A DNA stretch of 64,000 nucleotides, taken from the IMG/VR virus record IMGVR_UViG_3300009151_000001, positions 32,001-96,000 of that record; one strand, given 5' to 3'. The translations under genes and the position numbers were made by a program. The notes beneath the pieces are model-generated. The model saw nothing but the letters and a program-made list of their open reading frames with translations, was not told the DNA's origin and made no database searches. Positions 10,301-19,326 of this stretch are shown here, piece after piece (within the stretch, counting starts at the first letter, position 1; every line of letters begins with the position of its first letter). Source of the DNA: a virus. Its lineage: Duplodnaviria; Caudoviricetes.

Positions 10301-12542
10301 GTTACAAGCTGTCGGTATTGATGTAAGAGCTACAGCTCTTTCAGAAGTATTAAACTTAACTGGTGATTTATTAAATCCAGTGGATCCGGGTAGTTTTGTA
10401 GAAGCACAAAGTATAACAAGAAGTATAACTGAAGCTAAAACATTAGATGAGTTAAAAGCTATCAGAGAAGACTTATTTAATAATAAAGATATAACTAAAA
10501 TAAGTGAAGCTACTTTTAATTCTATGATTAATCTCATCTCTGGTAAAGAGAAGAGTATAAATCAAATGAAGATAAGAGATCAATATGAAAAGACTCATAC
10601 AGCAATAAAAATAAATAATAAAATCTACCATTATAAGTTAAATGATAATGGTAGATTATCTATTGTGTCTTTATCATCTACTGGTGTTAATAATGTCAGA
10701 AGTCAGAAAGTAATTGATAGTATTATTAATAATATTCTATCTAAAAAAGATGGTGTTAAAACACTACTTTCTAAAAATACTATTAACGATATAACACAAG
10801 AACTAAATAATTTAAAAGATAAAAATAAAATAAATAATTTATTAAAACAAAGCCTTGGTGTAAAGATATCTGATGATATACAAACTAAAATAGAAAATAA
10901 GTTGTTTTCTCAAGATATTCCTGTAGACCAAGGTCTACCAGAAACAGAAGTGATTGAGAATGATGTTCCTGCTGGTGGAACAACTACCACTGGTTCTAAA
11001 TCTATAACAGAAGCTGAAATAAATAAAAGTACAGCACAAAATCTAAAAGGACTAAGATCTTTTAATAGTGATGGGTATATAGATAGAAATACAGGTGACT
11101 TTATAGAAAACCCATCTTTTACAAAGTATTATAGTAAAATAAGAAGTATTATAAACGCTTTGTCTATAAAAGATTTAAGTGAGCTCAAAGACTATCATGT
11201 TACAATAGATAAAGATAACGAACATATTCGTTGGGATGATTCTTTTGAAGATCCAGGAGTTAAAAATAATCTAGGAATAGTTGGTTTTATTTCTGATGAA
11301 AAAGGAAATCCTATTGTATTTAATCCAAAAGGTGAGAAAGTAGGTGTAACAGATAGAAACAATCTATCTGACTATAAAGGATTACGAAATGGTGAAAATC
11401 AAATAGTATATATATATACTATAAATGAGAATAAGAATAAAAATAAAGATAATATAAATCCTGAAGAAATAAAACTAATTAAAGCTGCTAAAGAAGAAGC
11501 TTTAAAAGGTAATCCTCAGATATCTAGGTTAACTAAGATTAATCAAGGTAGAGCTAATACAAAGTCTAACATTAATAAAACTAGTTCTCAACTTAAACAT
11601 ACAAATGAAAAAGACTTTGTAGATAAACTTAGTCAAGATAATGTTACATTCTCACTTGATTTAACACCATCCGATAAAGAAGCTGGTAAAACTGGGGGAA
11701 GCTTATTAGTTCACATTAATGATTCAAATGGATCTGTTCATACAGAAGCTTTACAAGCTCCTAAAGTGGGTCAAGTAAGTATATCAACAAAAGATGGTAC
11801 GTTTTCTTTATTTGAATATGCTATTGATCTTATGAAAACTTATAGAGGTATGAGTGAACACATGACTAAAGATGAATTATCATATACACAATCTAATTTG
11901 AAATATTTTTTACAACATGTGTTCTTTTCTAAAAAAATAAACATGGGTGGTGAGTTTAAAGTGATAGAATTAATTACTCCTGAGAATAAACAAAAAGGAA
12001 TAACAAAAAGTGTAGATTCATATTTTATGTTTAAAAAAGATAAAAACGGTAACTATCAAACTATAGATGAAACTAGTGAAGCTTATAAGAAAGTTAAAAA
12101 ATGGATTAATGACTCAAAGTTAAACGTAGATAAAGAATGGTTACAAGGTAGACCATTTATGTTTCCTATAGTTAAAACAGATGAGAATGGTAAAAAAATG
12201 ATTACCTTTGTAGAGAAGGATTATGTTAACTTCTTATTGAAAGAAGTTGGTTTTACTACATATATGAATGATGTACCAACAGTTGATAATGTTAAGTTTT
12301 ATAATTCTATAGTTGAGTTTGGTAAACCTGAAAATCTAAATAGTACTGTACAACCTACTAAGTTAACAGAACAAAATATTGTTAATAATCCTAATGCTGT
12401 AGAAAACGAAATAAAAGATACTATACAAAAAATTGATGCATCTGATATTGATTTAGATAGTCTTCCTAATTTAGGAAATGAAGAAAACTTTAGACTTGTT
12501 CCTGCAAATAACAAAAAAATATTCAATATAAACTGTAAATAA
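4347..12542 (+). CDS. Giant virion cargo protein (2731 aa) with a zincin metalloprotease domain
   Basis: ETVILHELIHQLT (HExxH) at ~10026 plus downstream HEFVAEAL; Gly/Ala-rich hydrophobic N-terminal segments; directly upstream of the RNAP, as in crAss-like phages. Confidence 0.8.
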   Translation: MPDTLNILPTPDTSAADLQLSEQRYNDMENRNIESQRNDISSMFHTDTPVSLVNGQTINDLINQIDAIQAKTKNLANNININLNTPKQQPVFDISKAASQILGSLNNNPETTFNKQKQLVSLGSGEDLDRYKQSDYYNVFGYNPYIGKEQEFRYGEAMTIGDVLKKAGGGAMNLALQTGWEGVKGTGRILDSLISLDLSKLHGSPEELYQMAEDQQKIFDKYAIYDTAESAQGGLFNRQFFGNMLQQAGFAIGAGAEMWLEGVITGGIADFFLAPEYGLLASKMVGRLGETDEAIRVAAGLTERTSTIDKANKTFNKIGKMFTADEAINDMRKMSQQVTEASGISKKIGEFGKSLVPLYGTAENLIKLNKAGAGGLQLAVEGIGGIHRALSEINMARSESIFESASTYKQLHDKLVKDYIDANGQAPQGAELERIKKLSENASSDNFWVNMGVLSVMNRMQFSNMFKTFDGSRSIFSEGVHSLEDQAFEVTGKIAGKTEKRAFVKSPYFGKLAAIGEIAQEFGGKTAAWEATKTVGGRMFKMEGLEGLQEMIQNASDKGLEDYYYDLYHSQKGYGTTYLGNVMSKYDKIQNGFVDQIPFIGKDGVEGLKTFVMGAYTGALLSPMYKIIGITNQRFQDRKQLKNDPTYKTAQQRAKESVDLVNAFYTGDKTAFKKEWIASVKVQNKAAETMEEAAKNHDKYVFYNAKDSAFNKMVEASIKLNMFDSVRDHIKEMGAALKDDEEFKQAYGMEATKQNRGNVKAFMDKVANDLEDYHSLRTQLIDKYADLVMPELYRNNGKEVYENMKIAQSAVFDAIDILTFNIQKSRQSVLRAESIRKDLASIKSIGASSNNILIKAGNPTSIKDSINILQDEIKGMTIPNTTLSGEQRTLLSKKQEELNLLRKWENVHYDVMTGEYDSYTPDILKKEAYGVFKDLTNFYNKQNKNLSTISTQDSENAFIGVLDHMKLNRDEKSYIDAVNLLADPRNENLIIYAKAAAAAISVVNDRIHQEHLTAVNNTINAGEETETEEDVKTIGDYTIKQNQDKSFSVFDSEEKEIAKDLATHDDAEELINSIVKEANKQPPEQKQTSTQEKTLEEQKADIKRRQQEELNQTQKFTINRANKDLELAPEIELSEIDLEKSGLGDLQKAEVKRVRVLEYRGINSEGKRVGTVIIQTNDSIETFEVFFNDVKINSKYEAILAKLEKQEKPKKPEEPKGIIYLDPESNEFKQEYNNALDKLASVVNQPNATPSAIKAAFDDLFNNTLINLDPSLAARAAYKEKLKEEMDTLISEANRKIKANNVTGAKQSISNSFKNEESSTLNDIANDSENILDELNPEHKEEVIQHFETNFLQSIGKRISNLLSKASELAGGELLSFFKKSANEAKERVTKNLDKYKEESNKIKESINKSGIRISKININEFFDNPVNMSIQDDEKNRDKSATPGQLIAIDNLINSGILESNETNKSLQGASYYINQGVGRIYTIEINKLVNSYFKLKNSKTSNTTEVNNALTSLKASVKSYLESFSTDPKEDVQAAFDAIEKANDPDELLGIYDNEGNSKPLQVEKSNQKDLSDEEYKLLKEFRTSLYNMQFQGNLMNVHNNIEQAEQNALSNSERLRPEDLVTSDLINSIPNSLFKDSNTKNSLKNSIISLLDSIKDLNDKKEISSLINKLSIKEFKSGVKIEGEGIIKSIYATYLNTQTSINEEEQVGPVLSKEEMLTALENSKTTILNKAQINQVDEFAKTELLNAYKAKLNAAIGYSTKDSTYTPEKLGLNEEPGETFSTLRQKFAGDIRTAEDLKKDLNAQGDQVSTKNALNFIVNSDFATDAEKELARSLMNAISEDSFITLANNSDFKTPTAGDFDPNTNRIRINMNAVEHKDGYTSSPIETVILHELIHQLTETALSDPNSEFYKGISSLMAVVKKQKGADTFYAFQSKLSNDEQRHEFVAEALTNPAFQHLLASTQYANSKTSVWDKLLDIINRVLQAVGIDVRATALSEVLNLTGDLLNPVDPGSFVEAQSITRSITEAKTLDELKAIREDLFNNKDITKISEATFNSMINLISGKEKSINQMKIRDQYEKTHTAIKINNKIYHYKLNDNGRLSIVSLSSTGVNNVRSQKVIDSIINNILSKKDGVKTLLSKNTINDITQELNNLKDKNKINNLLKQSLGVKISDDIQTKIENKLFSQDIPVDQGLPETEVIENDVPAGGTTTTGSKSITEAEINKSTAQNLKGLRSFNSDGYIDRNTGDFIENPSFTKYYSKIRSIINALSIKDLSELKDYHVTIDKDNEHIRWDDSFEDPGVKNNLGIVGFISDEKGNPIVFNPKGEKVGVTDRNNLSDYKGLRNGENQIVYIYTINENKNKNKDNINPEEIKLIKAAKEEALKGNPQISRLTKINQGRANTKSNINKTSSQLKHTNEKDFVDKLSQDNVTFSLDLTPSDKEAGKTGGSLLVHINDSNGSVHTEALQAPKVGQVSISTKDGTFSLFEYAIDLMKTYRGMSEHMTKDELSYTQSNLKYFLQHVFFSKKINMGGEFKVIELITPENKQKGITKSVDSYFMFKKDKNGNYQTIDETSEAYKKVKKWINDSKLNVDKEWLQGRPFMFPIVKTDENGKKMITFVEKDYVNFLLKEVGFTTYMNDVPTVDNVKFYNSIVEFGKPENLNSTVQPTKLTEQNIVNNPNAVENEIKDTIQKIDASDIDLDSLPNLGNEENFRLVPANNKKIFNINCK

Positions 12543-15500
12543 TGGCGTGTTCAGTTAATCTACAAAAAGACAAACTACCTAAAATAATAAACAAAGTTGA
12601 ATACTTCTTATTCCGCGCGATGGAAAAAGAACAACTTGATTTTGCTGAAGTTGCTACTAATAAAAGTAATAACAGAGATGTTATATCTAATGATGATGTA
12701 AAAGCTTTTATTGAAGCTTCTAAGAATGGTCAACCTAAAGAATTTAAAGGTAATGATCCATATCTTGATCCAGTAACTGGAGCTTATATTCCAACACCTG
12801 AAACAGCTAGATGGGTGTTAGCAGAAGATGGGTTTTATAATCTTGTAGATGGTGATAATATTCTTACAAAAGGTGTTGATTTAAAATCAGGTAATCAAGT
12901 AAGTAACGTTGTTCGTCTTTTAAATACAGTAAAAAATACTATGATACCTGAAGCTGTAAATAAATATACAGCTACAGCTAAAGCTTATGAGAATAGATCT
13001 AAAACAGATAAAGCTTTACCAACCGATCTTAAAAACGCAGAATTATATCAATCATTTGCTACTAATCTACAGTCGCTTATTCCTATGTGGAATCAAGTGG
13101 TAGCTAACTTTTCTAAATATAGTACACAGTTTAGTTTTAAAACTAAATTTACTTTAGATGAAGATGGGCTTGTTAATCTAGATGACGTGGCTGATGATGA
13201 TGACAAGATGTTAAAGAAGATGGTATTTGATCAACCATCTAATGAAATCAATCCTGTAGATGATATAGATAAAAGTATAGAACTATATCTAAGAAGTCTT
13301 CAAGAAGCACCTAATCAATATGATGAGTTTGGTCCAGGACTATCTGTAAATTATTCAACCCTTGTTCGTGGGTTACTTGCTGATTTACAAAATACAACAA
13401 GTATGGACGAAATCATAAGTATTCTTAATAAGAAAGCTGAACAAACTCCAGTATATAAAGATATAATAAAAAAACTTACACTTCCAGATAAAGAAACTAC
13501 AAAAGACCTGGATACATATATTAAGTTTAGGAACTCTTTTACTAAAACCTTTATTCCTTTAATGCTTGTGTCTTTAGAAAGTGATAACACTGTAAAAGTA
13601 ATTGAAGCAGCTACAGGTAAAAAAGGAACATTTGAAAGAGTTATAGGATCTAACTTTTCTCTTAAAGGTATGCCGTTTATTATGAACGCTACAAATGGTG
13701 AGGTTGTTAATATAGGTCATAGAAACGAAGATGATGAATGGGTATTAGATCATACTGATTTACCTAAATTAGAAAAACTTAATATATATAATGCCAAAGA
13801 TAAAGATGATACAGGATCTATAGATAGAAGAATAGAGTTTCTTAAAGCTATAGGATTTGAATTAACTCCATCTACAGAAAAACAATTAAGAAATAATCAA
13901 AGTATTGTAGGTGGAGGTAGATATAACGCTGTAAACGCAATGTTTGAACATCTTAAATATAGACTTGAACAAGGTGACGTTATAAAAAATGTTATAAATA
14001 GTTTAAAAAAAGATTATGTAGTTGATGGTGATATAAAAAGTAAAGGTCAAGATAGTTTTATTACTGATATTGTAAACGCTGAATTAAAAAATAATAGAGA
14101 CTATAATGTTGACTATAGTATGGTTAATGCATCTGGAGATAGACAATACTCTATACAGCTTCATAATAACTTTACTATTCTTAATAAGTTCTATTCTGAT
14201 GTAGAAATATATCCTAACTTAGATAGCATAAGACAAGAACCTTCAATGTTCTGGTTAGATCCTGAAAAGAATCCAGCTATAAAAAATGATCCTATATTAA
14301 ATAGTCTTTTTTATTTTAAACCAGGAGAAGACAATTACGGTGATCGTAAATATGTAATAAAAATTGTTAAAAAAGAAAATAATAAGTTTATCATAACTTA
14401 TGAGTTTACAAATGATAAAAATAAACAAGGAGCTTTACCAGTACAAATAACTTTTAACAATACTGGTGGTGTAAATACAAGATTTGATAATGAAAGATCT
14501 AAAGGATCTTCATCTACTTCTTTAAATGAAATAGATAAACTATTACAAGATATATATTCTTTTTATTCAAAAAAATATTCATATAATAGTGTATTAAGAT
14601 TAGGTGATAAATCAACTGATCTTGGCATGTCTGTAAATTATTACGCGCATCCTATTACCGGTAAACCAGTTGTTACTGAAAAAAATACTCTATCTAGTAA
14701 TCCTTTAGGTGGAGTGGATAATTATGCAACAGTATTTAAGTCTGATGTTTTTTTACAATATGTAATAAACGGTATACAAGATGTAATGAATATGAAACGT
14801 GCTGCTCAAGAAAATGATTTCTTAAGTAAGTATAAGGTTTCAGCTAAAAACATACTTAACTCTTGGAGTTATTTTGATAAGATATTATCTTCAGAAACTA
14901 AAGATAAGTTAAAAACTATAGATAGTGCTGCTGATGTTAAAGAATTAATAGCTAAAGATATTATAACATATTTTGAAGGTGAAAACGGTGTTGTAAAAGA
15001 TTTTCTTAATAGATTTAAGGATGCCAGAAAAATAAACACTATATGGAATAACACCTCAATTAGTTTTGATTCAGCTGTTCGCTATTATTTAGCTAATAGT
15101 TTTATTACTGATATGAGTCAAATGAGACTCTTTTTTGGTGATCCTATATTCTTTAAAGATTTTCATAAAAGAGCTTCTAAAGATTCAGCTACAGGTATAT
15201 TTACATTTATAGATGACGAGCTTATTAAAAGGTTTAATGATCGCTCTAATCCAAATGGTTATGGAGCTACAATGAATCTATCAGCTAGACGACTTGCGGA
15301 AAGAGTATATCAACAAAAGTTAGCTGAGTTAGAAAGTAAAAACTTAAAAGAAAGTCAAAAGAAAGCTTTTAGAGATAAATATAAAACTGAAAGAGATCAA
15401 GCTATAGCAAGACAAGATATAAGTAAATCTTTTAAATCAGCTACACTACAAGATATTGATTTTAATAGCTTACAAAGTGAAAAAATTATAGAAAATGTAG

Positions 15501-18500
15501 ATAATCTTATTAAAGCTGGTCATTTATCTGAAAAGATGAAAACTTTATATGAACAATCTTTAAAACGTGTTATCCAAGACGGATATAAAAAAGGTAATGA
15601 AGCTGATGGTCAAGGTAAATGTACTTTTGATTTCTATAAACTAATGAGTATACTTACAGGTCAATGGAGTGATGATCAAGAACGTGTTTACAAAAAGATT
15701 GTAGATTACGCTCACTTTAGTGAATTAGCTGAGAATGAAAAAGATAGTGAAAAACGTTTAGAGTATATCAAACAAAGAGACGCGGTTGGATACAATCCTT
15801 CTGAAGAAGTTTATTTTCCTCCTAAAAAGTTTCAATATTCCGGAACTGAAAATAATGAATATGGAATGTATGTTCCTATATTTGATAAATTTTCTCTTCA
15901 ACCATTGATTCCTACTAATATAAAAAGAACAGCTGATGAACACTTAGCTAAAAGAATGGAATATAATGGTATTGGGTATATCAAGTTTGAAAGTGGTACA
16001 AAAACTGAAGTAGTTAAAGATAAAGACAGCTATTATAGTGAATATGATAAAAACAATCCTTCAGAAAGATCTATACTTCCTTTTAGTCCTGAACAAAAGT
16101 TTAAATCAGAACAAGAACTATTCTTTAATAATTTTAAAGAACAGCTTACTATAGATGCATCTATTCACGATCACGCTGTATTTGGTTCACAGATAAGAAA
16201 GCTTATCTTAATGAACTTAGATAAAGAACAGTTTAAACAACACTACAATAACTATAATAAATTTATAGCGCATCTTACTGAGTTAGAAAAAACAAGTCTT
16301 TATAATGAGATGGGAATAAACCGTGTAGATGGTAGACTTCATATATCTGATATAAACAAACTTGTTGATTATTTCTTTAAAGAAATAGACAAGAAGAATC
16401 AAGATTCTAATGTTAGAAAAGCTTTAAAGTATGATGAACAAACTAAAAAGTTTGAGATTCCTTTAGATGGATCTGTACAAGCTCAAATACTGGAAGGTAT
16501 TGTTATATCTGCTATTAATAATAGAGCTGTTAGATACAAAACTAATGGATCTATGTTGACCCAGGTAGCTATCACCGGGTCCGAACAAACAAATAAGTTT
16601 GACAAAGCTTCTTCAGATAAAGCATATAAAACATTTGGTAATAAAGAACTTAACTATTACAGCGTTGATAAAGATTCAACTGGTAAATATATAGTTAAAC
16701 CAATGGAAGTTAAAATAGCTTTAACTGGTCAATGGTTAAATCTATTAAATTTAAGTCATTATGATGGATACAAAATAAATAGTATAGGTAGATTAAACGA
16801 TTGTTTAAAAAATGAAAGATGGTTTGAAGTTAATAAAAGAAGCTTAGAGCTGGTAGCTTATCGTATTCCTACACAAGGTAGAAATTTTATGGATGTGATG
16901 AGAGTAAAAGAATTTATCCCTGCTTCATTTGGTGACGCTATCATAATGCCTAGTGAGTGTGTCATTAAATCTGGATCTGACTTTGATATAGATAAGATGT
17001 TTGTATTCTATCCTAATCTTAATCAGAATGGTGAGGCGCCTAATAATTCTTATACGGATAATCAACTTAAAGATCCAAACAACTATAAAGCATTAAAAGC
17101 TAATATTCAAAATAAGCTTTATAACACAATGTCTGATATCATATTAGATCCGGCTAACTATTTAGAACTTGTTACACCATCTGATAACTTTCATATAATG
17201 CCTATTATAGATGATATATATAAGTTATTAGGTAAACCTGTAAATAATGAAGGAAAACATATTAAATCTGACTTTGTTAATACAGATATAGTTAATCGTA
17301 ATATAAACATAGATAAGTTTATAAGTTTATTAAAAGGTAAATCCGATCTTGGTATTGCTGCAATAGCTAATACGTTTAATGTATTATTTCAACATGGAAA
17401 AGCTACTGGTAATACTAAATTCTTTACTAGTAATAATATCATATCTTTCTTTAATATCAAAGATTCTTTAGAAAAGGAAGAACTTATTATAAAGAATATA
17501 GATTACTCAAGTCCATATGACGAAGAAGGTGTATTAAAAAGTGAATTCTTTTCTGAGTTTATCAACGCTTTTGTTGACGCGGCCAAAGATGACTATGTAT
17601 TTGCTGTAAACGTTGTAACAGAACTAAGTCCTATAATGTTCTATATGAAATATGCAGGTATGTCTTCTAAAAAGATATTAGGGTTTGTAAACCAACCAGC
17701 TATTCGTCAATATATTAAAACACTATCTACATATCAAAATAAATTTGTAAAAGGAGAACAAGCTTTTGATGATGGTGTTAAAACAATAGTTTTAAGAGAT
17801 ACATTAACTAAATTAGGATATGAATTTAGTCAATCAGATATAGATCCAGAAACTGGATTTAACAAATATGGAACAAGAAATGGTATACAAGAATATCTTT
17901 TTGCTAGTAATAAACCTATAAATATAAATGAACTAATATCATATTTTAATAATGATGATAAGTTATTTAGTCAAATAAAAGATCAAAATATAAACATCAA
18001 TAGTCTTACAGATGATGAAAAGAAAAGACAGATTGCTTTTTTATTAGAGTTACAAAACTTAAGACTTCAGTCTAATAGTATTTCTGAAGCGCAAAAAGTT
18101 TTAAAGTTTGATACGTCACCATTTAAAAATACATTTGACATCTACCAAAGAGAGCAGATGTATAATGATATGATGAGTGGAAACAATGTATTAAGTCCTG
18201 AGTCTATTAGTAATATATATCATGATAGTACTATTAGTCCATTAAACGTTTCAAAAGATATAAAAGCGTTATTATCGTCATTGTTTCCTATAAGAAATAA
18301 CGATGAGCTTAACAACTTTCTTCTTAATAAAGCTATAGCTTATAAAAACGAAATGAGTAAAAATGGAGGAACATTCGTAACTAATGATGATATAATGAAA
18401 ATATCTCGTGTAGCTAAAAATGATATGATGAACTATATCCTTCAGAACTTAATAAGTAAGTCTGAAAAAGGTGTAGCTTATTTTAAAGAAAGATATAATA

Positions 18501-19315
18501 CTGATAAGTCGTTTAATGAATATTTGTTAGAATTAGCTCAAACAGATAAACTAAAAAATAACTGGTTAGCTATTAAAGAGTCACCAAGTTATAAAAGTAT
18601 GGCTGCTCAGTTTCCTATATTAAAAAATATTATTATAGAAAGAGGTGTTAATAATGGTAGAATTGTTAACTTTAGAATACTAGAGAATAGTTCTAATCCA
18701 GTAGAAAAAGAACAAACAATACAACAATTTGAAGATCTTACTAACAGTTCTAATGAACAACTATCTAGTTTCTTTAAGGATCTGTCATTGTATTCTATAT
18801 TCCAATCTGGTATGAATACTTCCGATATCAGTTTTATGTCTGTAGTACCAACTAATATAGTGAGTAGATTGTATGGTAGCGCTGTGGAGGAATATAATAA
18901 ACTTCCTAGTGAACGTAAGACAGCTATGTTGTCTACGTTTTATAAAATGTTTACAAGAAACAATCCTGAGTTATTTAGTAGAAAATCAACAGATACATTA
19001 ACAAAAGAAGTATCTAAAAGAGGTAAATGGTATTCTGAACAAGTACCGTTTAATGAAGTATCTAAGATACAAGTGTTACAACCTATTAAAGAAACTACTA
19101 AAGAAAAAATTAACAATCAAGAAAAAATAGAAGCTCCAGTTAAAGTAGAAGAATCATCAATAGAAGAAAAGATTAGTAAATGGTTTGAAAAAAACAAAGG
19201 AGAAGAGTCAATTAAAAACATACCTTTACAAGTTATAGTTGAATCATATAATCAAGAAAGAATAGGAAATCAAACAATAGAAGAATATCTAATTGATAAA
19301 TTCGGTTGTCAATAA
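12542..19315 (+). CDS. Virion-packaged single-chain DNA-dependent RNA polymerase (crAss-like, phi14:2 gp66 type)
   Basis: Catalytic GSDFDIDK (DxDxD, 16979-16993), upstream YRIPTQG and ADGQG motifs, size ~2250 aa. Confidence 0.9.
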   Translation: MACSVNLQKDKLPKIINKVEYFLFRAMEKEQLDFAEVATNKSNNRDVISNDDVKAFIEASKNGQPKEFKGNDPYLDPVTGAYIPTPETARWVLAEDGFYNLVDGDNILTKGVDLKSGNQVSNVVRLLNTVKNTMIPEAVNKYTATAKAYENRSKTDKALPTDLKNAELYQSFATNLQSLIPMWNQVVANFSKYSTQFSFKTKFTLDEDGLVNLDDVADDDDKMLKKMVFDQPSNEINPVDDIDKSIELYLRSLQEAPNQYDEFGPGLSVNYSTLVRGLLADLQNTTSMDEIISILNKKAEQTPVYKDIIKKLTLPDKETTKDLDTYIKFRNSFTKTFIPLMLVSLESDNTVKVIEAATGKKGTFERVIGSNFSLKGMPFIMNATNGEVVNIGHRNEDDEWVLDHTDLPKLEKLNIYNAKDKDDTGSIDRRIEFLKAIGFELTPSTEKQLRNNQSIVGGGRYNAVNAMFEHLKYRLEQGDVIKNVINSLKKDYVVDGDIKSKGQDSFITDIVNAELKNNRDYNVDYSMVNASGDRQYSIQLHNNFTILNKFYSDVEIYPNLDSIRQEPSMFWLDPEKNPAIKNDPILNSLFYFKPGEDNYGDRKYVIKIVKKENNKFIITYEFTNDKNKQGALPVQITFNNTGGVNTRFDNERSKGSSSTSLNEIDKLLQDIYSFYSKKYSYNSVLRLGDKSTDLGMSVNYYAHPITGKPVVTEKNTLSSNPLGGVDNYATVFKSDVFLQYVINGIQDVMNMKRAAQENDFLSKYKVSAKNILNSWSYFDKILSSETKDKLKTIDSAADVKELIAKDIITYFEGENGVVKDFLNRFKDARKINTIWNNTSISFDSAVRYYLANSFITDMSQMRLFFGDPIFFKDFHKRASKDSATGIFTFIDDELIKRFNDRSNPNGYGATMNLSARRLAERVYQQKLAELESKNLKESQKKAFRDKYKTERDQAIARQDISKSFKSATLQDIDFNSLQSEKIIENVDNLIKAGHLSEKMKTLYEQSLKRVIQDGYKKGNEADGQGKCTFDFYKLMSILTGQWSDDQERVYKKIVDYAHFSELAENEKDSEKRLEYIKQRDAVGYNPSEEVYFPPKKFQYSGTENNEYGMYVPIFDKFSLQPLIPTNIKRTADEHLAKRMEYNGIGYIKFESGTKTEVVKDKDSYYSEYDKNNPSERSILPFSPEQKFKSEQELFFNNFKEQLTIDASIHDHAVFGSQIRKLILMNLDKEQFKQHYNNYNKFIAHLTELEKTSLYNEMGINRVDGRLHISDINKLVDYFFKEIDKKNQDSNVRKALKYDEQTKKFEIPLDGSVQAQILEGIVISAINNRAVRYKTNGSMLTQVAITGSEQTNKFDKASSDKAYKTFGNKELNYYSVDKDSTGKYIVKPMEVKIALTGQWLNLLNLSHYDGYKINSIGRLNDCLKNERWFEVNKRSLELVAYRIPTQGRNFMDVMRVKEFIPASFGDAIIMPSECVIKSGSDFDIDKMFVFYPNLNQNGEAPNNSYTDNQLKDPNNYKALKANIQNKLYNTMSDIILDPANYLELVTPSDNFHIMPIIDDIYKLLGKPVNNEGKHIKSDFVNTDIVNRNINIDKFISLLKGKSDLGIAAIANTFNVLFQHGKATGNTKFFTSNNIISFFNIKDSLEKEELIIKNIDYSSPYDEEGVLKSEFFSEFINAFVDAAKDDYVFAVNVVTELSPIMFYMKYAGMSSKKILGFVNQPAIRQYIKTLSTYQNKFVKGEQAFDDGVKTIVLRDTLTKLGYEFSQSDIDPETGFNKYGTRNGIQEYLFASNKPININELISYFNNDDKLFSQIKDQNININSLTDDEKKRQIAFLLELQNLRLQSNSISEAQKVLKFDTSPFKNTFDIYQREQMYNDMMSGNNVLSPESISNIYHDSTISPLNVSKDIKALLSSLFPIRNNDELNNFLLNKAIAYKNEMSKNGGTFVTNDDIMKISRVAKNDMMNYILQNLISKSEKGVAYFKERYNTDKSFNEYLLELAQTDKLKNNWLAIKESPSYKSMAAQFPILKNIIIERGVNNGRIVNFRILENSSNPVEKEQTIQQFEDLTNSSNEQLSSFFKDLSLYSIFQSGMNTSDISFMSVVPTNIVSRLYGSAVEEYNKLPSERKTAMLSTFYKMFTRNNPELFSRKSTDTLTKEVSKRGKWYSEQVPFNEVSKIQVLQPIKETTKEKINNQEKIEAPVKVEESSIEEKISKWFEKNKGEESIKNIPLQVIVESYNQERIGNQTIEEYLIDKFGCQ

Positions 19316-19326
19316 ATAAATAAATT